Shown one piece after another: positions 63,240 through 64,000 of a DNA stretch of 64,000 nt. Within the stretch, counting starts at the first letter, position 1, and the number at the start of each line of letters is the position of its first letter. The stretch is from the NCBI RefSeq assembly GCF_009914755.1, contig NC_060928.1; one strand, given 5' to 3'. This DNA is from the human T2T-CHM13v2.0 reference genome, Homo sapiens. The position numbers and the translations under genes are program-made. The notes under the pieces are model-generated. The model was not told where the DNA came from and did not search any database. It worked only from the letters and a program-made list of their open reading frames with translations.

Positions 63240-64000
63240 CTTTGTGGTTTTATCTACTTTTGGTCTTTGATGATGGTGATGTACAGATGGGTTTTTGGTG
63301 TGGATGTCCTTTCTGTTTGTTAGTTTTCCTTCTAACAGACAGGATCCTCAGCTGCAGGTCTGTTGGAGTTTGCTAGAGGTCCACTCCAGACCTGTTTGCC
63401 TGGGTATCAGCAGCGGTGGCTGCAGAACAGCAGATTTTCGTGAACCGCGAATGCTGCTGTCTGATTGTTCCTCTGGAAGTTTTGTCTCAGAGGAGTACCC
63501 GGCTGTGTGAGGTGTCAGTATGCCCCTACTGGGGGCTGCCTCCCAGTTAGGCTGCTCGGGGATCAGGGGCCAGGGACCCACTTGAGGAGGCAGTCTTCCC
63601 ATTCTCAGATCTCCAGCTGCATGCTGGGAGAACCACTGCTCTCTTCAAAGCTGTCAGACAGGGACATTTAAGTCTGCAGAGGTTACTGCTGTCTTTTTGT
63701 TTGTCTGTGCCCTGCCCCCAGAGGTGGAGCCTACAGAGGCAGGCAGGCCTCCTTGAGCTGTGGTGGGCTCCTCCTTGAACTGGGTGGGCTCCACCCAGTT
63801 CGAGCTTCCCAGCTGCTTTGTTTACCTAAGCAAGCCTGGGCAAGGGTGGGCGGCCCTCCCCAAGCCTCGCTGCTGCCTTGCAGTTTGATCTCAGACTGCT
63901 GTGCTAGCAATCAGCGAGACTCTGTGGGTATAGGACCCTCCGAGCCATGTGCGGGATATAATCTCCTGGTGCGCCATTTTTTAAGCCTGTCGGAAAAGTG
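63240..64000 (-). promoter_or_regulatory. L1 5' UTR (internal promoter; antisense promoter faces the + strand)
   Basis: Recognisable primate L1 5' UTR text upstream of the ORF1 ATG. Confidence 0.85.

Overview
AT-rich primate, very probably human, genomic DNA that looks intergenic or deep intronic. I see no supportable host protein-coding exon, CpG island or RNA gene. The long ORFs are broken LINE-1 ORF1/ORF2 pieces or antisense-Alu frames, and the rest look like chance frames. The window is a transposable-element mosaic: a decayed ERVL pol/integrase/dUTPase region with nested insertions (0.4-4.1 kb), about 13 Alus, several L1 copies, many MaLR/ERVL solo LTRs, MER1B/MER20, MIR/L2 relics and microsatellites. 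Three L1s are 5'-inverted (twin-primed), and one near-full-length L1PA3/4-like copy runs off the right edge. The most unusual structure is a ~550-bp inverted copy of nearby apparently unique DNA (20361-20893) inserted into an MLT1 LTR at 19111-19665. Also notable are a ~75-bp local duplication inside an old L1, a head-to-head pair of MLT2A LTRs differing at the DUX4 motif, the same FADD-to-FAHD catalytic mutation in two separate L1s, and a very young AluYc1-like insertion. I found no evidence of a new gene system. Subfamily names come from recalled consensus sequences and need RepeatMasker/Dfam confirmation.
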